In this document: in pieces, positions 29,911-41,421 of the stretch | Position numbering within the stretch: the first letter of the stretch is position 1 | Layout: every line of letters starts with the position of its first letter | NCBI GenBank assembly: GCA_001800135.1 | Contig: MGUU01000010.1 | Span: 273,495 to 337,494, forward strand | From: Elusimicrobia bacterium RIFCSPLOWO2_02_FULL_39_32 | GTDB taxonomy: Bacteria; Elusimicrobiota; Elusimicrobia; 2-02-FULL-39-32 | DNA length: 64,000 bases | Direction of reading: 5' to 3' | Notes under the pieces: model-generated | What the model saw: only the letters and a program-made list of their open reading frames with translations | What the model was told of the DNA's origin: nothing | Databases searched by the model: none | Position numbers and translations under genes: made by a program

Positions 29911-30524
29911 TATTTTTGATTTAGAAAAACTGTTCCTTCTACTTTGCCATTAAATTCAATTTCCCTTTTTTCCGTCCAAGCCGTGATTTTGTCTGCTTCA
30001 ATCAGGGTATGATGGTCTTTTTCCAACACGTTAAATTTTGGTTTTTCTCCCTGGGCTATCAGTTTTTTATCTGGATTAGAAAATATTATTTCTTGAGCTG
30101 TTAAAGTGCTGGAGGCTTGAATGACCTTTACATTTCCCCGGGCAATGAGTCCCTCATCCTTAATTTTTAAAAGTATGGTTTCTGCGGTTAAAAAAGTGGA
30201 AGGTTGAAGAGGATCTTTGCGAAACCATGTAGCTTTTGGATTGCCTGTCAATTCCCCCAGAGACTCTTGTTCATTATACCTAGCAAAGTTTGAGTTTGAA
30301 ACCAGGATATCTTCAGATTCCAGTTCATAACGGATATGTACGTTTCCATGCGCTTCAATCATTTTTCCCTTATCAGTAGAAGTGGTCTCATCCGCAGATA
30401 TTTTTAAAGGACCTCTTGTGATCTTAGGTTGATTCTTCTTCAAGGTTTCGAGTGAGAAAATGAAAGTATTCAATGTGAGCCAAATTAAAAGTGTTAACCC
30501 AAAACATTTAGTTAGATTTTTCAT
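29910..30524 (-). CDS. lptA: LPS transport periplasmic protein LptA (OstA-like)
   Basis: Signal peptide plus a beta-jellyroll OstA-like domain. Located between lptC and lptB. Confidence 0.6.
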   Translation of the reverse strand: MKNLTKCFGLTLLIWLTLNTFIFSLETLKKNQPKITRGPLKISADETTSTDKGKMIEAHGNVHIRYELESEDILVSNSNFARYNEQESLGELTGNPKATWFRKDPLQPSTFLTAETILLKIKDEGLIARGNVKVIQASSTLTAQEIIFSNPDKKLIAQGEKPKFNVLEKDHHTLIEADKITAWTEKREIEFNGKVEGTVFLNQK

Positions 30525-30652
30525 CTACCTTGTCCTTAAACTTTCTTTTAGCCTGATCCGATTGAAGTGGAGGTGGGAAGTCCAGGAGAATGGCAAGGGA
30601 TTTCTCACAACCAACCAAATGATTCTGGTTAATAGTTTTTTCTTGATTTGCA

Positions 30653-31741
30653 TCAGGGATTCAGGATGGTCTTAGGATGGATAGAAGCTTCGTGTCTAAA
30701 GATTTTTACAGTGGATAGATCTGGATCTGCTTCCAACCCTTCCCCTATTAGGATGGAATCTTTTTTTACAATTTTAATAGGCGCTTCAGTAAATATTTTT
30801 TGTTTATCAGTAGAATAGCGCAGTTGTTCAGAATAAAGAGTGGTGCCATCTTCAGATTGAACTTTTACTCCGTTCCAAACCAGGAGATTATGGCTGTCCA
30901 GATTCACCTCGCCTTTGGGAGCGCTTAAGCGCGCAGCTAGAGTTTGGGATTTTTTTGTAAGGATGAGACTTTTACTGGAAAGTTCTTTGGGCGGATTCAT
31001 AAATTGAATGCTGATTTGGTCTAGGGTGGCTTTTTTTTGTTTGTTATAAACTTGGGCCATTTCTGACTGTAGAATCCAAATTGGAATGCCATTTCTGGTT
31101 TCTGTGATGGTGAATTTTTCTATCCACTGGTCTGGTTTTTCTATGCTGCTCGTGGAGTTTGGATGGGGTGAACAAGCAGAAAGTGTTAATAAAATTGCAA
31201 TTAAAAAAATAGAAAATTTAGAGAGCACAGCTTGCCATTGCCCTTGAGCTTTAATCAGTATCTCAATGACTTCTCTGGCTACTCCTTTGCCGCTTGAGAT
31301 GGTTGTTTGAAAATCGCAAACCTCTTTAATTTCTTTCGGAGATTCAGGAGGACAAACAGCTAGCCCTACGTTTTTTAATGCTTTTAAGTCCACAAGGTCA
31401 TCTCCAATATAGGCGATTTGATCTGGTTGAAGATTTAATCTTCTAGCGCAGGAGGAGACTCGTTCCCATTTGTTTAAACATTTCTGGAATAGATAATCTA
31501 CCCCTATTTCTTTAGACCTTTCTTCCACTTGTCTGGACTCTCTGGCAGTCACCCATGCTAGTTTAATAGAGAGACCGGAATTTTTCAAGAGGGCAAAACC
31601 CATGCGATCTTTAACGCTCCAGATTTTTATCTCTTCTCCAGAGTTAAGAACAATAATTTCTCCAGAGGTGAGCACCCCATCTATATCCATGGCGAGCAAT
31701 TTAATCTTTTTTGCTTTATTTAGAATTTTTTTGCTAATCAA
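30653..31741 (-). CDS. kdsC: fusion protein: KDO 8-phosphate phosphatase KdsC (N) plus LptC-like membrane-anchored domain (C)
   Basis: Residues 1-165 are a HAD-IIIA KdsC (LLAMDIDGVLT...IAYIGDDLVDL). Then come a TM helix (FSIFLIAILLTLSAC) and about 180 aa of periplasmic beta-rich domain, in the position lptC occupies in the kdsD-kdsC-lptC-lptA-lptB order. Confidence 0.65.
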   Translation of the reverse strand: MISKKILNKAKKIKLLAMDIDGVLTSGEIIVLNSGEEIKIWSVKDRMGFALLKNSGLSIKLAWVTARESRQVEERSKEIGVDYLFQKCLNKWERVSSCARRLNLQPDQIAYIGDDLVDLKALKNVGLAVCPPESPKEIKEVCDFQTTISSGKGVAREVIEILIKAQGQWQAVLSKFSIFLIAILLTLSACSPHPNSTSSIEKPDQWIEKFTITETRNGIPIWILQSEMAQVYNKQKKATLDQISIQFMNPPKELSSKSLILTKKSQTLAARLSAPKGEVNLDSHNLLVWNGVKVQSEDGTTLYSEQLRYSTDKQKIFTEAPIKIVKKDSILIGEGLEADPDLSTVKIFRHEASIHPKTILNP

Positions 31742-31743
31742 TT

Positions 31744-32718
31744 TTAGTAAATCCCTTCTGCAAGCAAGTCTCTTTCATCTAAAATGCCCACGGGTCTGCC
31801 CTGTTTGTCCACCACAGGCAAATTGTCAAATCCATATCTCTGGATCATCCGGAGCGCTTCATAAAGTGTTTTTTCAGGATCAATGGTTTTTGGATTTTTA
31901 GTCATGGCTTTTTGAATGGGCTGTTTTAAAAGAAGAGGATTTTTCTGCAGTTGTCTTCTTAAATCTCCATCAGTGAAAAAACCTACCAACTGATTTTTTT
32001 TATTTATAATATGGGTCGCTCCCATTTTTGTGCGAGTCATCTCTAAGAGCGCTTGTTCCACAGTTGAATCAATTTTTATGATTGGATTTTCTTTGTCCGT
32101 GCGCATTAAATCTTTTACTTTTAAAGATAGCTTTTTGCCTAAAGAACCTCCTGGATGAAATTTGGCAAAATCAGAAGAGTTAAATCCTTTTTTTTTCATT
32201 AAGCAAATGGCAAGCGCATCTCCTAAAGCAAGCATGGCGGTTGTAGAGGAAGTAGGGGTTAGATTAAGAGGACAGGCTTCTCTTTTGACTCCACAGCAAA
32301 TCACAATATCCGCAAATCGAGCTAAGCGGGAATTGTTTCTAGAGGTCATGGCTACCAACAGAAGTTTTTTTTCTTTTAGGTTGGGTAAAATTTTTTTAAT
32401 CTCTTCTGTTTCTCCGGATGAAGATAAAATAAGAACCGCGTCCGAAGCGCGTAATAAGCCTAAATCTCCGTGCATGCCTTCGCTGGGATGAAAAAAAATA
32501 GCCGGGGTTCCAGTAGAAGAAAGCGTAGCTGAGATTTTTCTGCCAATTAAACCAGATTTGCCTATGCCCATCACTACAATTTGTCCTCTGTTCTTACTTA
32601 TTTTCAGAAAAGCTTCTACGGCTTTTTCAAAGGAACTATTTAAGTTTTGCAATTGGTCCTTTACAGCCTGAGATTCTAGCTGAAGAACTTCTTGCGCTAT
32701 TTTTAAAATAGAGCTCAT
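31744..32718 (-). CDS. kdsD: arabinose-5-phosphate isomerase (SIS plus tandem CBS)
   Basis: SIS domain (VVMGIGKSG) plus two CBS domains, directly upstream of kdsC. Confidence 0.85.
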   Translation of the reverse strand: MSSILKIAQEVLQLESQAVKDQLQNLNSSFEKAVEAFLKISKNRGQIVVMGIGKSGLIGRKISATLSSTGTPAIFFHPSEGMHGDLGLLRASDAVLILSSSGETEEIKKILPNLKEKKLLLVAMTSRNNSRLARFADIVICCGVKREACPLNLTPTSSTTAMLALGDALAICLMKKKGFNSSDFAKFHPGGSLGKKLSLKVKDLMRTDKENPIIKIDSTVEQALLEMTRTKMGATHIINKKNQLVGFFTDGDLRRQLQKNPLLLKQPIQKAMTKNPKTIDPEKTLYEALRMIQRYGFDNLPVVDKQGRPVGILDERDLLAEGIY

Positions 32719-32808
32719 TTTTGTTTATTGGTTAACCTTTTAGAAAGAGCATCTATAACCCCACTATTGATGCTGGTTCTCAAGGGATAAGTAAATGATT
32801 GACTTTTC

Positions 32809-32819
32809 AAGCATAAATT
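32809..32819. repeat. AAGCATAAATT element overlapping the stop codon of the zinc-ribbon ORF, upstream of kdsD
   Basis: gacttttcAAGCATAAATTatttatg. The flank gactttYcaagcataaatt matches the copy at 25692-25710. Confidence 0.6.
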
Positions 32820-33066
32820 ATTTATGAATTTCTCCTGCTTTTTGTAACCAAGGAGTTACTTCTTTTGGAATCTCTCGCAAATAGGGTTTGAGAAACCAGT
32901 TAATTAAGAAAAAAAGAAAGATTAGAACAGTATAAATAATTCCCAAAGTTTTAGCATGCCATTTCCATGTTGGAGACCAGATAGGATCTACATTTAGGAT
33001 CGTGCCGCATTTTTTGCAGTTTTTTGCAGTTTCTTTATTTTCAGTTTTACAGTTTGAACATTTCAT
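32818..33066 (-). CDS. small zinc-ribbon membrane protein (hypothetical)
   Basis: CxxC...CxxC at the N-terminus (MKCSNCKTENKETAKNCKKCG) followed by one TM helix. Inserted between kdsA and kdsD. Confidence 0.4.
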   Translation of the reverse strand: MKCSNCKTENKETAKNCKKCGTILNVDPIWSPTWKWHAKTLGIIYTVLIFLFFLINWFLKPYLREIPKEVTPWLQKAGEIHK

Positions 33067-33125
33067 ATTTTAAATCCTATTCAGTTATGTTTAGAAATTC
33101 ATCTCTATTGCGAATGCGCTTTTTT

Positions 33126-33136
33126 AAGCATAAACT
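33126..33136. repeat. AAGCATAAACT element 2 nt after the kdsA stop codon
   Basis: gcgcttttttAAGCATAAACT. The flank gcgctt..ttaagcataaa matches the copy at 43326-43346. Confidence 0.55.
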
Positions 33137-33137
33137 C

Positions 33138-36299
<3,162 letters not shown>

Positions 36300-36309
36300 T
36301 TAAAGTTTT

Positions 36310-37296
36310 TTAGAGAAGTTTTAACGCATCTTTTAATTCATCCGGAGTAACTGTGGCTGTTCCCAGTTTTCCAATGACAATTCCAGCAGCAAGGTTAGCT
36401 AATCTGGCTGCTTCAATTAAAGGGGCATTACAAGCTAAACTTAAGGTTAAAACCGCAATGACTGTATCTCCCGCTCCAGTCACATCATAAACTTCTTGCG
36501 CTTTTGCTGGAATATGGGTAAATTTATTTTTTTCAAATAAAGTCATTCCCTCTTCTCCTTGAGTGATTAAAACAGAGTGACATTTTAATTTTTGGAGAAT
36601 CTCTTCACCCAAAGAAATTAAACCTCCGTTAGAATTTAACTTCAACCTATGCATGCCTCCCAGCGCTTCCTGAATGTTGGGGGTGATACAAGTCACATTT
36701 TTATAAGAAAGAAAATGTTCTATTTTTGGATCCACACAAATCGGTTTTTTATAATGCCGCGCTTGCAAAATCGTTGATTTTAGGATCGCTTTAGTGATCA
36801 TGCCTTTGCCGTAATCAGAAAGGATAATCCCATCCATATCTTTAATAATTTTTTTTAGAGATCCTTGAATTTCATTTTGTAAAATCAAAGAGAGTTGACT
36901 GTCATCTTCATCGTCAAAACGAACCACCTGTTGGTGCTCAGCAATCACGCGGCTCTTGACAATGGTTGAACGGTCAGGGTCCTTTACGATCCATTTAGTT
37001 CCGATTTGAAGACGCTGGAATTCATTGAGTAAATTTTCGCCTACAGGATCTATTCCTATCACTCCGCAGCACTCAACTTTTGCGCCTAAGGAGTTTAAGT
37101 TTTTAGTGACGTTTCCAGCCCCTCCGGGAACATCATTTTTTTCTTTGACCTTGACCACAGGAACAGGGGCTTCAGGAGAAATTCTGGAAACTTTTCCCCG
37201 AATAAAACGATCTACCATTAAATCCCCAATCACTAAGATTTTAGTTTTAGAAAATTGGTCAATAATTTTGTGGTAATATGAGATATTCTTTTTCAT
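36310..37296 (-). CDS. hldE: D-glycero-beta-D-manno-heptose-7-phosphate kinase (HldE domain I / RfaE1, stand-alone)
   Basis: PfkB ribokinase-like fold with the ILVIGDLMVDRFIRGKVSRISPEAPVPVV signature. No adenylyltransferase domain attached. Confidence 0.8.
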   Translation of the reverse strand: MKKNISYYHKIIDQFSKTKILVIGDLMVDRFIRGKVSRISPEAPVPVVKVKEKNDVPGGAGNVTKNLNSLGAKVECCGVIGIDPVGENLLNEFQRLQIGTKWIVKDPDRSTIVKSRVIAEHQQVVRFDDEDDSQLSLILQNEIQGSLKKIIKDMDGIILSDYGKGMITKAILKSTILQARHYKKPICVDPKIEHFLSYKNVTCITPNIQEALGGMHRLKLNSNGGLISLGEEILQKLKCHSVLITQGEEGMTLFEKNKFTHIPAKAQEVYDVTGAGDTVIAVLTLSLACNAPLIEAARLANLAAGIVIGKLGTATVTPDELKDALKLL

Positions 37297-37349
37297 ATTT
37301 TTTTGTAATTATACAAATTCTACCTTTAGAAATCTTCTACTTTTAGGAA

Positions 37350-38192
37350 CTATTCTGGTTTAAATTCCATTTTTATTAATTCTGCGCTAACCTTGCCAAT
37401 AAAGATTTCAGCTTGCATAAGCACTGGAATCTTTTTTTCATCCGCAGTAAGCCAGACCTGCAGTTTTTTTCCTTTTTGTATAAAAAGGCCGCGTTCTCTT
37501 AAAAAAGGCTCCACCAAATAACAGTCGTATTTTCCAGCCTCGGTTTTCACTGTCTCTCGTTTTAATACTTTGACCACGAGGGGCCAATTTCTTCCAGAAT
37601 GAACATCCAAAGTAAATTCGTCCCCCACGTTAAAAGATTTAGCTCTGGTTTTATAAAGGCTAGAAAGCGTGTCCACTGCTGGAATGGTGAGGTCTCCTTC
37701 TTCAATTTTTGGCTCTCTCCCTTTTACATTTTCAATATTTTTAAATCTTTTGGCGATCCAATCAAATTCAACAATTTGATCTAAAATATATTTTCCTTCT
37801 TGATTATGCTGTTCAAAACGGTGCGTGATCCACTGGGAGGTATCTAACCAAGACTCATTGATGTCCCGCACTTTATAAAAGAGATCAATCACAGCATTTG
37901 AATGCGCAGTGGCTTTGAAATGATATGCCGGGATTTTTTTTGTTGAGGTTCCAGATGAGATCTCAATCAAAGAGATTTCTTTAACTTCCAGGCTTGCTTT
38001 ACCTGCTGCAATGATCCCCCATCGTATGGAATAGGAAAATTTTTCCCCTACTTTCCAAGGGAACCTACTTTGGGATTCTTCCAGAGAAGCTGCCTTTAAG
38101 TTCTGGGGTTTAGAAAAAAATGTTGAAAATAGGAAAAAAACAAAAATTAAAAATAGAAAATTAACTTTTGAAGTTTTTAATATTTTTTGAAT
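37350..38192 (-). CDS. DUF3108-like protein with N-terminal signal peptide; no canonical start codon (ATT/ATA start candidates at 38181-38192)
   Basis: The ORF track starts at TTG 37970 (MIEISSG..). The same frame stays open 222 nt further upstream to a TAA at 38199-38201. It encodes ..IQKILKTSKVNFLFLIFVFFLFSTFFSKPQNLKAAS.. (signal peptide) with no ATG/GTG/TTG. Confidence 0.45.
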   Translation of the reverse strand: MQKILKTSKVNFLFLIFVFFLFSTFFSKPQNLKAASLEESQSRFPWKVGEKFSYSIRWGIIAAGKASLEVKEISLIEISSGTSTKKIPAYHFKATAHSNAVIDLFYKVRDINESWLDTSQWITHRFEQHNQEGKYILDQIVEFDWIAKRFKNIENVKGREPKIEEGDLTIPAVDTLSSLYKTRAKSFNVGDEFTLDVHSGRNWPLVVKVLKRETVKTEAGKYDCYLVEPFLRERGLFIQKGKKLQVWLTADEKKIPVLMQAEIFIGKVSAELIKMEFKPE

Positions 38193-38202
38193 GGTCCTTT
38201 AC

Positions 38203-38814
38203 CTAAAAGAAATAACGGCTGAATAAAATGACACAGAAAATAAGGTAGCCAATGAGACTGTAAAACTCTTTATTTTTTTTCCACAAAGCCCAATTAAAGG
38301 TATTAAAATTAAAATCTGACCATTTAAGTTTCATAGGGAAAAACCTAGGAACTCTCTCGGCATATTCAGTATAGGCGTTATTGAATTTTAAATGTAGATC
38401 AGCTTCCTCTTTTAAAATTTTAGGCAGATAGATGGAGTCAACTAAAATCCATAAAAAACACCAGAAAAAAAGAGTGCGGTCTAGATAGGGTTTGGAAAGC
38501 GCAAAAGAAAAAGAGCTTGAGGAAAAAATAAATCCAGAGGCAGCCAGAAAACTTCCCAGATAAAGCGGGTGTCTAACCAAAGCATAAGCTCCTTCTTGGG
38601 CTAATTCATCCATTTTTTTTACGCAGCCTGCTGCCCACTGGCGAATTAAAATTCCCAGCAATGCGATTAAGAGTCCTAAAACAAGCAGAACCAAATTTCT
38701 AGGTTGAGTTCTCCACAAAAATAGAAGAGCAAAGATAAAGCCTATCCTTACACGGTATCGTTCCCGCCAAGGGGAAAGGAGGGTTTGTTTCTGGCTCATT
38801 GTTCTAAAATCCAT
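38203..38814 (-). CDS. ICMT/PEMT-family membrane methyltransferase (isoprenylcysteine carboxyl methyltransferase-like)
   Basis: Multi-TM protein with the ..EGAYALVRHPLYLGSFL.. motif characteristic of ICMT/phospholipid methyltransferase families. Confidence 0.6.
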   Translation of the reverse strand: MDFRTMSQKQTLLSPWRERYRVRIGFIFALLFLWRTQPRNLVLLVLGLLIALLGILIRQWAAGCVKKMDELAQEGAYALVRHPLYLGSFLAASGFIFSSSSFSFALSKPYLDRTLFFWCFLWILVDSIYLPKILKEEADLHLKFNNAYTEYAERVPRFFPMKLKWSDFNFNTFNWALWKKNKEFYSLIGYLIFCVILFSRYFF

Positions 38815-39338
38815 TTTGCCGCGGTTTTTAAAGTAGAGCTGATATGATCTGGTTTTACTTTAGAATCAGCTAATGTTTTTCTTCCCTTACCTGTTAATAC
38901 AAGAATTGTTTTTGTTCCGCCATTTTTACCCCATAGAATATCGCATTTATTATCTCCAACCACAATGCATTTTTTTAGATCCAATTGATATTTTTTTGCG
39001 CCTTTTAAGAGCATGCCTAAATTAGGTTTTCTGCAGCTGCAGTTTTCTTTAGGATGGTGTGGACAAAAAAAGATTTCATCAATTTGCACACCATTTTTTT
39101 TTAAAATGCCAATCAGAATCTTATGAATCTTTTGAAGCATCACAACACTTAAAATTCCGCGTCCGATTGCTGATTGATTGGTGCCAATAATGATCCGCCA
39201 GCCAGCTTTTTTAATTTTTTTTAAAGCCGGAATAACCCCTTTATAAATTTGGATTTGATTAGGATGATTTAAGTAGTGAGCATCTTTTATCAGGGTTCCA
39301 TCTCTATCTAGAAAAACCGCTTTTTTTTCTTTTTTCAA
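38796..39338 (-). CDS. gmhB: D-glycero-beta-D-manno-heptose-1,7-bisphosphate 7-phosphatase
   Basis: HAD-IIIA motifs FLDRDGTLI and GTNQS, with Cys-rich zinc site (CPHHPKENCSCRKP). Confidence 0.8.
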   Translation of the reverse strand: MKKEKKAVFLDRDGTLIKDAHYLNHPNQIQIYKGVIPALKKIKKAGWRIIIGTNQSAIGRGILSVVMLQKIHKILIGILKKNGVQIDEIFFCPHHPKENCSCRKPNLGMLLKGAKKYQLDLKKCIVVGDNKCDILWGKNGGTKTILVLTGKGRKTLADSKVKPDHISSTLKTAAKWILEQ

Positions 39339-40417
39339 TGCACTGTCCCTAAAATCTTTTTTATAAATTCATCCTCACCCTCGGACCACTTTACTTTTAT
39401 TTTTAATATGGCGGCCGGAAAATCTGCGGGGAGTTTAACCGCATCCTTTTCAGTTGTAATTAAGTGGCAATGATTTTGTTTGGCAAGCTCTAACATTTCT
39501 TTTAGTTCGATTGCAGTATAATAATGATGGTCAGGGAAGCTTTTAAAGAAAATAATTTTTCCTTCAAGATCTGTTAGCATTTTTTTAAAATGATTAGGAT
39601 TGGCTATGGCGGAAAATGCAAAGAGTTTTCTTTGATTTAACCAATGGGGCAAGAATGTTTGGTTTGATATAGGTTCTTTAATTTCTTCCACCTCATAAGA
39701 GAAAACCGCGTTTGGACAATTTTTTAAAAATTGAAAGGTTTCTTGGAAAACTTTTTTTTCAGTCTCAACCTCTGATTTTAAGACTATAAAATCCGCTCTT
39801 TTTAGGGATTGGATTGGCTCTCTTAAAAAACCTCTAGGAAAAATTTTTGAGGTCTTTAAAATTTTTTCATCACAACAAACAATATCTAAATCCCGATAAA
39901 TTTTTCTATGCTGAAAACCATCATCTAAAATAAGCGCATCCACCTTAAACTGTTGGACCGCAAAAGCTCCTATTTTAAATCGGTCTGGCCCTACAAGAAT
40001 GGGCGCCCCATGACATTTTTGAGCCAAGAGAACTGGCTCATCTCCGGCTGTTTCCGGGGTTTCAAAAATTTTATTTCCATCTGAAACCACCAGCATTCTT
40101 TGAGAGCTGTTTTTTCTTTTATAGCCGCGGGAAAGAATCGCGACTTTTTTATTTTGTTGAAGCAAGATTTGGGCAGCCAGACAACTAAGGCTTGTCTTGC
40201 CAGTGCCGCCTAAAGTTAAATTTCCAATGGAGATCACAGGAACTGAAACTTTTTTTATATGGAAAATATTTTTGTCATAGCTTTTGTTCCTTAAAGAGAG
40301 AATCATACTATAAAAAAAAGAGAGAATGCTCAAAAATTGGCAGATCATTTTTTTATGCAAAGGAGGATTTTTAAGAATGATTAAAGACTCCCAAAAATTT
40401 ACAAAATTAAAAATCAT
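39335..40417 (-). CDS. lpxK: tetraacyldisaccharide 4'-kinase
   Basis: VISIGNLTLGGTGKTSL P-loop and LSRGY motif. Confidence 0.85.
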   Translation of the reverse strand: MIFNFVNFWESLIILKNPPLHKKMICQFLSILSFFYSMILSLRNKSYDKNIFHIKKVSVPVISIGNLTLGGTGKTSLSCLAAQILLQQNKKVAILSRGYKRKNSSQRMLVVSDGNKIFETPETAGDEPVLLAQKCHGAPILVGPDRFKIGAFAVQQFKVDALILDDGFQHRKIYRDLDIVCCDEKILKTSKIFPRGFLREPIQSLKRADFIVLKSEVETEKKVFQETFQFLKNCPNAVFSYEVEEIKEPISNQTFLPHWLNQRKLFAFSAIANPNHFKKMLTDLEGKIIFFKSFPDHHYYTAIELKEMLELAKQNHCHLITTEKDAVKLPADFPAAILKIKVKWSEGEDEFIKKILGTVH

Positions 40418-41421
40418 GATGGTTTAAGGATAGCATTTAATTTATTTAAGACCATCTCTGGGGTTAAGTTTTCCATGCATTCATGGTGATATGGGCAGTG
40501 GTTTCGTTCACAGGCCAAACATGGGAGTTGTTCGTTTCTAACATAGAAATGAGGAAATTTATTTGGATTAATAGAATGTGGATTGGTTGGACCAAAGATG
40601 GTAAGAGTTGGTGTCCCAACTGCCATGGCTATTTTTTGCGGACCATTGTCATTAGCAATCACACAAGAACATTGTTTTAGAAAAGCTGCCATTTGAATTA
40701 AAGAATCTGTCTCAATGATGATGAATTTTTCAGAATTTTTATTAATTTCTTTCTCTAATATTTCTTTTTCATTGGGTCCGCACAAAATCAAAATTTTATA
40801 CCCAACTTGTTTGATTAGCATAAGAGCAGTTTGTTGAAAAAATTCATTTTTCCATGCTCGAATGGGGTGTCGATGAAATGGCAGGAGTCCAATGACCTGA
40901 TCTTTTTCACCTATCCCAAGCATCCTTAAACTCTGTTCAGCTTTTTTAAGCTCTTGGGACGGTAGTTTAAGATCCCAAACCCAGGAACTCTCTTTTTTAG
41001 GCAGGATCGCATTAACTAGATCAATTTTTTGTTCCACAATAAATTTATTACGATCTGTTTTTACGCAAGTTGTATAAATCATTTTCCTTGTTAAGGGACC
41101 CTCAAAACCTATTTTTAAGGGAGCGCCGGAGAGGTGAGTTAAAAGCAAAGACCTTCCATTGGCATGAAAGTCTAAAACGCAATCATATTTATTTTTTCGG
41201 ATTTTAAAAATCCATCGCCATGCTTCTTTTTTATGATAAACAAGCGTTTCATGGATAGTTGGATTTAATCGAGTTAGTTCATCAGCGGGAGGTTCTACTA
41301 AAAAATCAATCTGCGCATTTGGAAAATTTCTTTTTAAAAGATCGAGCACAGGTAAGGTAAACACCACATCTCCAATCCTGCGGAGTTGAATGATTAAGAT
41401 TTTTTTAATGATTTGCTCCAT
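40414..41421 (-). CDS. GT9 ADP-heptose:LPS heptosyltransferase
   Basis: ILIIQLRRIGDVVFTLPVL N-terminal GT9 signature and a C-terminal GT-B domain. Confidence 0.8.
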   Translation of the reverse strand: MEQIIKKILIIQLRRIGDVVFTLPVLDLLKRNFPNAQIDFLVEPPADELTRLNPTIHETLVYHKKEAWRWIFKIRKNKYDCVLDFHANGRSLLLTHLSGAPLKIGFEGPLTRKMIYTTCVKTDRNKFIVEQKIDLVNAILPKKESSWVWDLKLPSQELKKAEQSLRMLGIGEKDQVIGLLPFHRHPIRAWKNEFFQQTALMLIKQVGYKILILCGPNEKEILEKEINKNSEKFIIIETDSLIQMAAFLKQCSCVIANDNGPQKIAMAVGTPTLTIFGPTNPHSINPNKFPHFYVRNEQLPCLACERNHCPYHHECMENLTPEMVLNKLNAILKPS

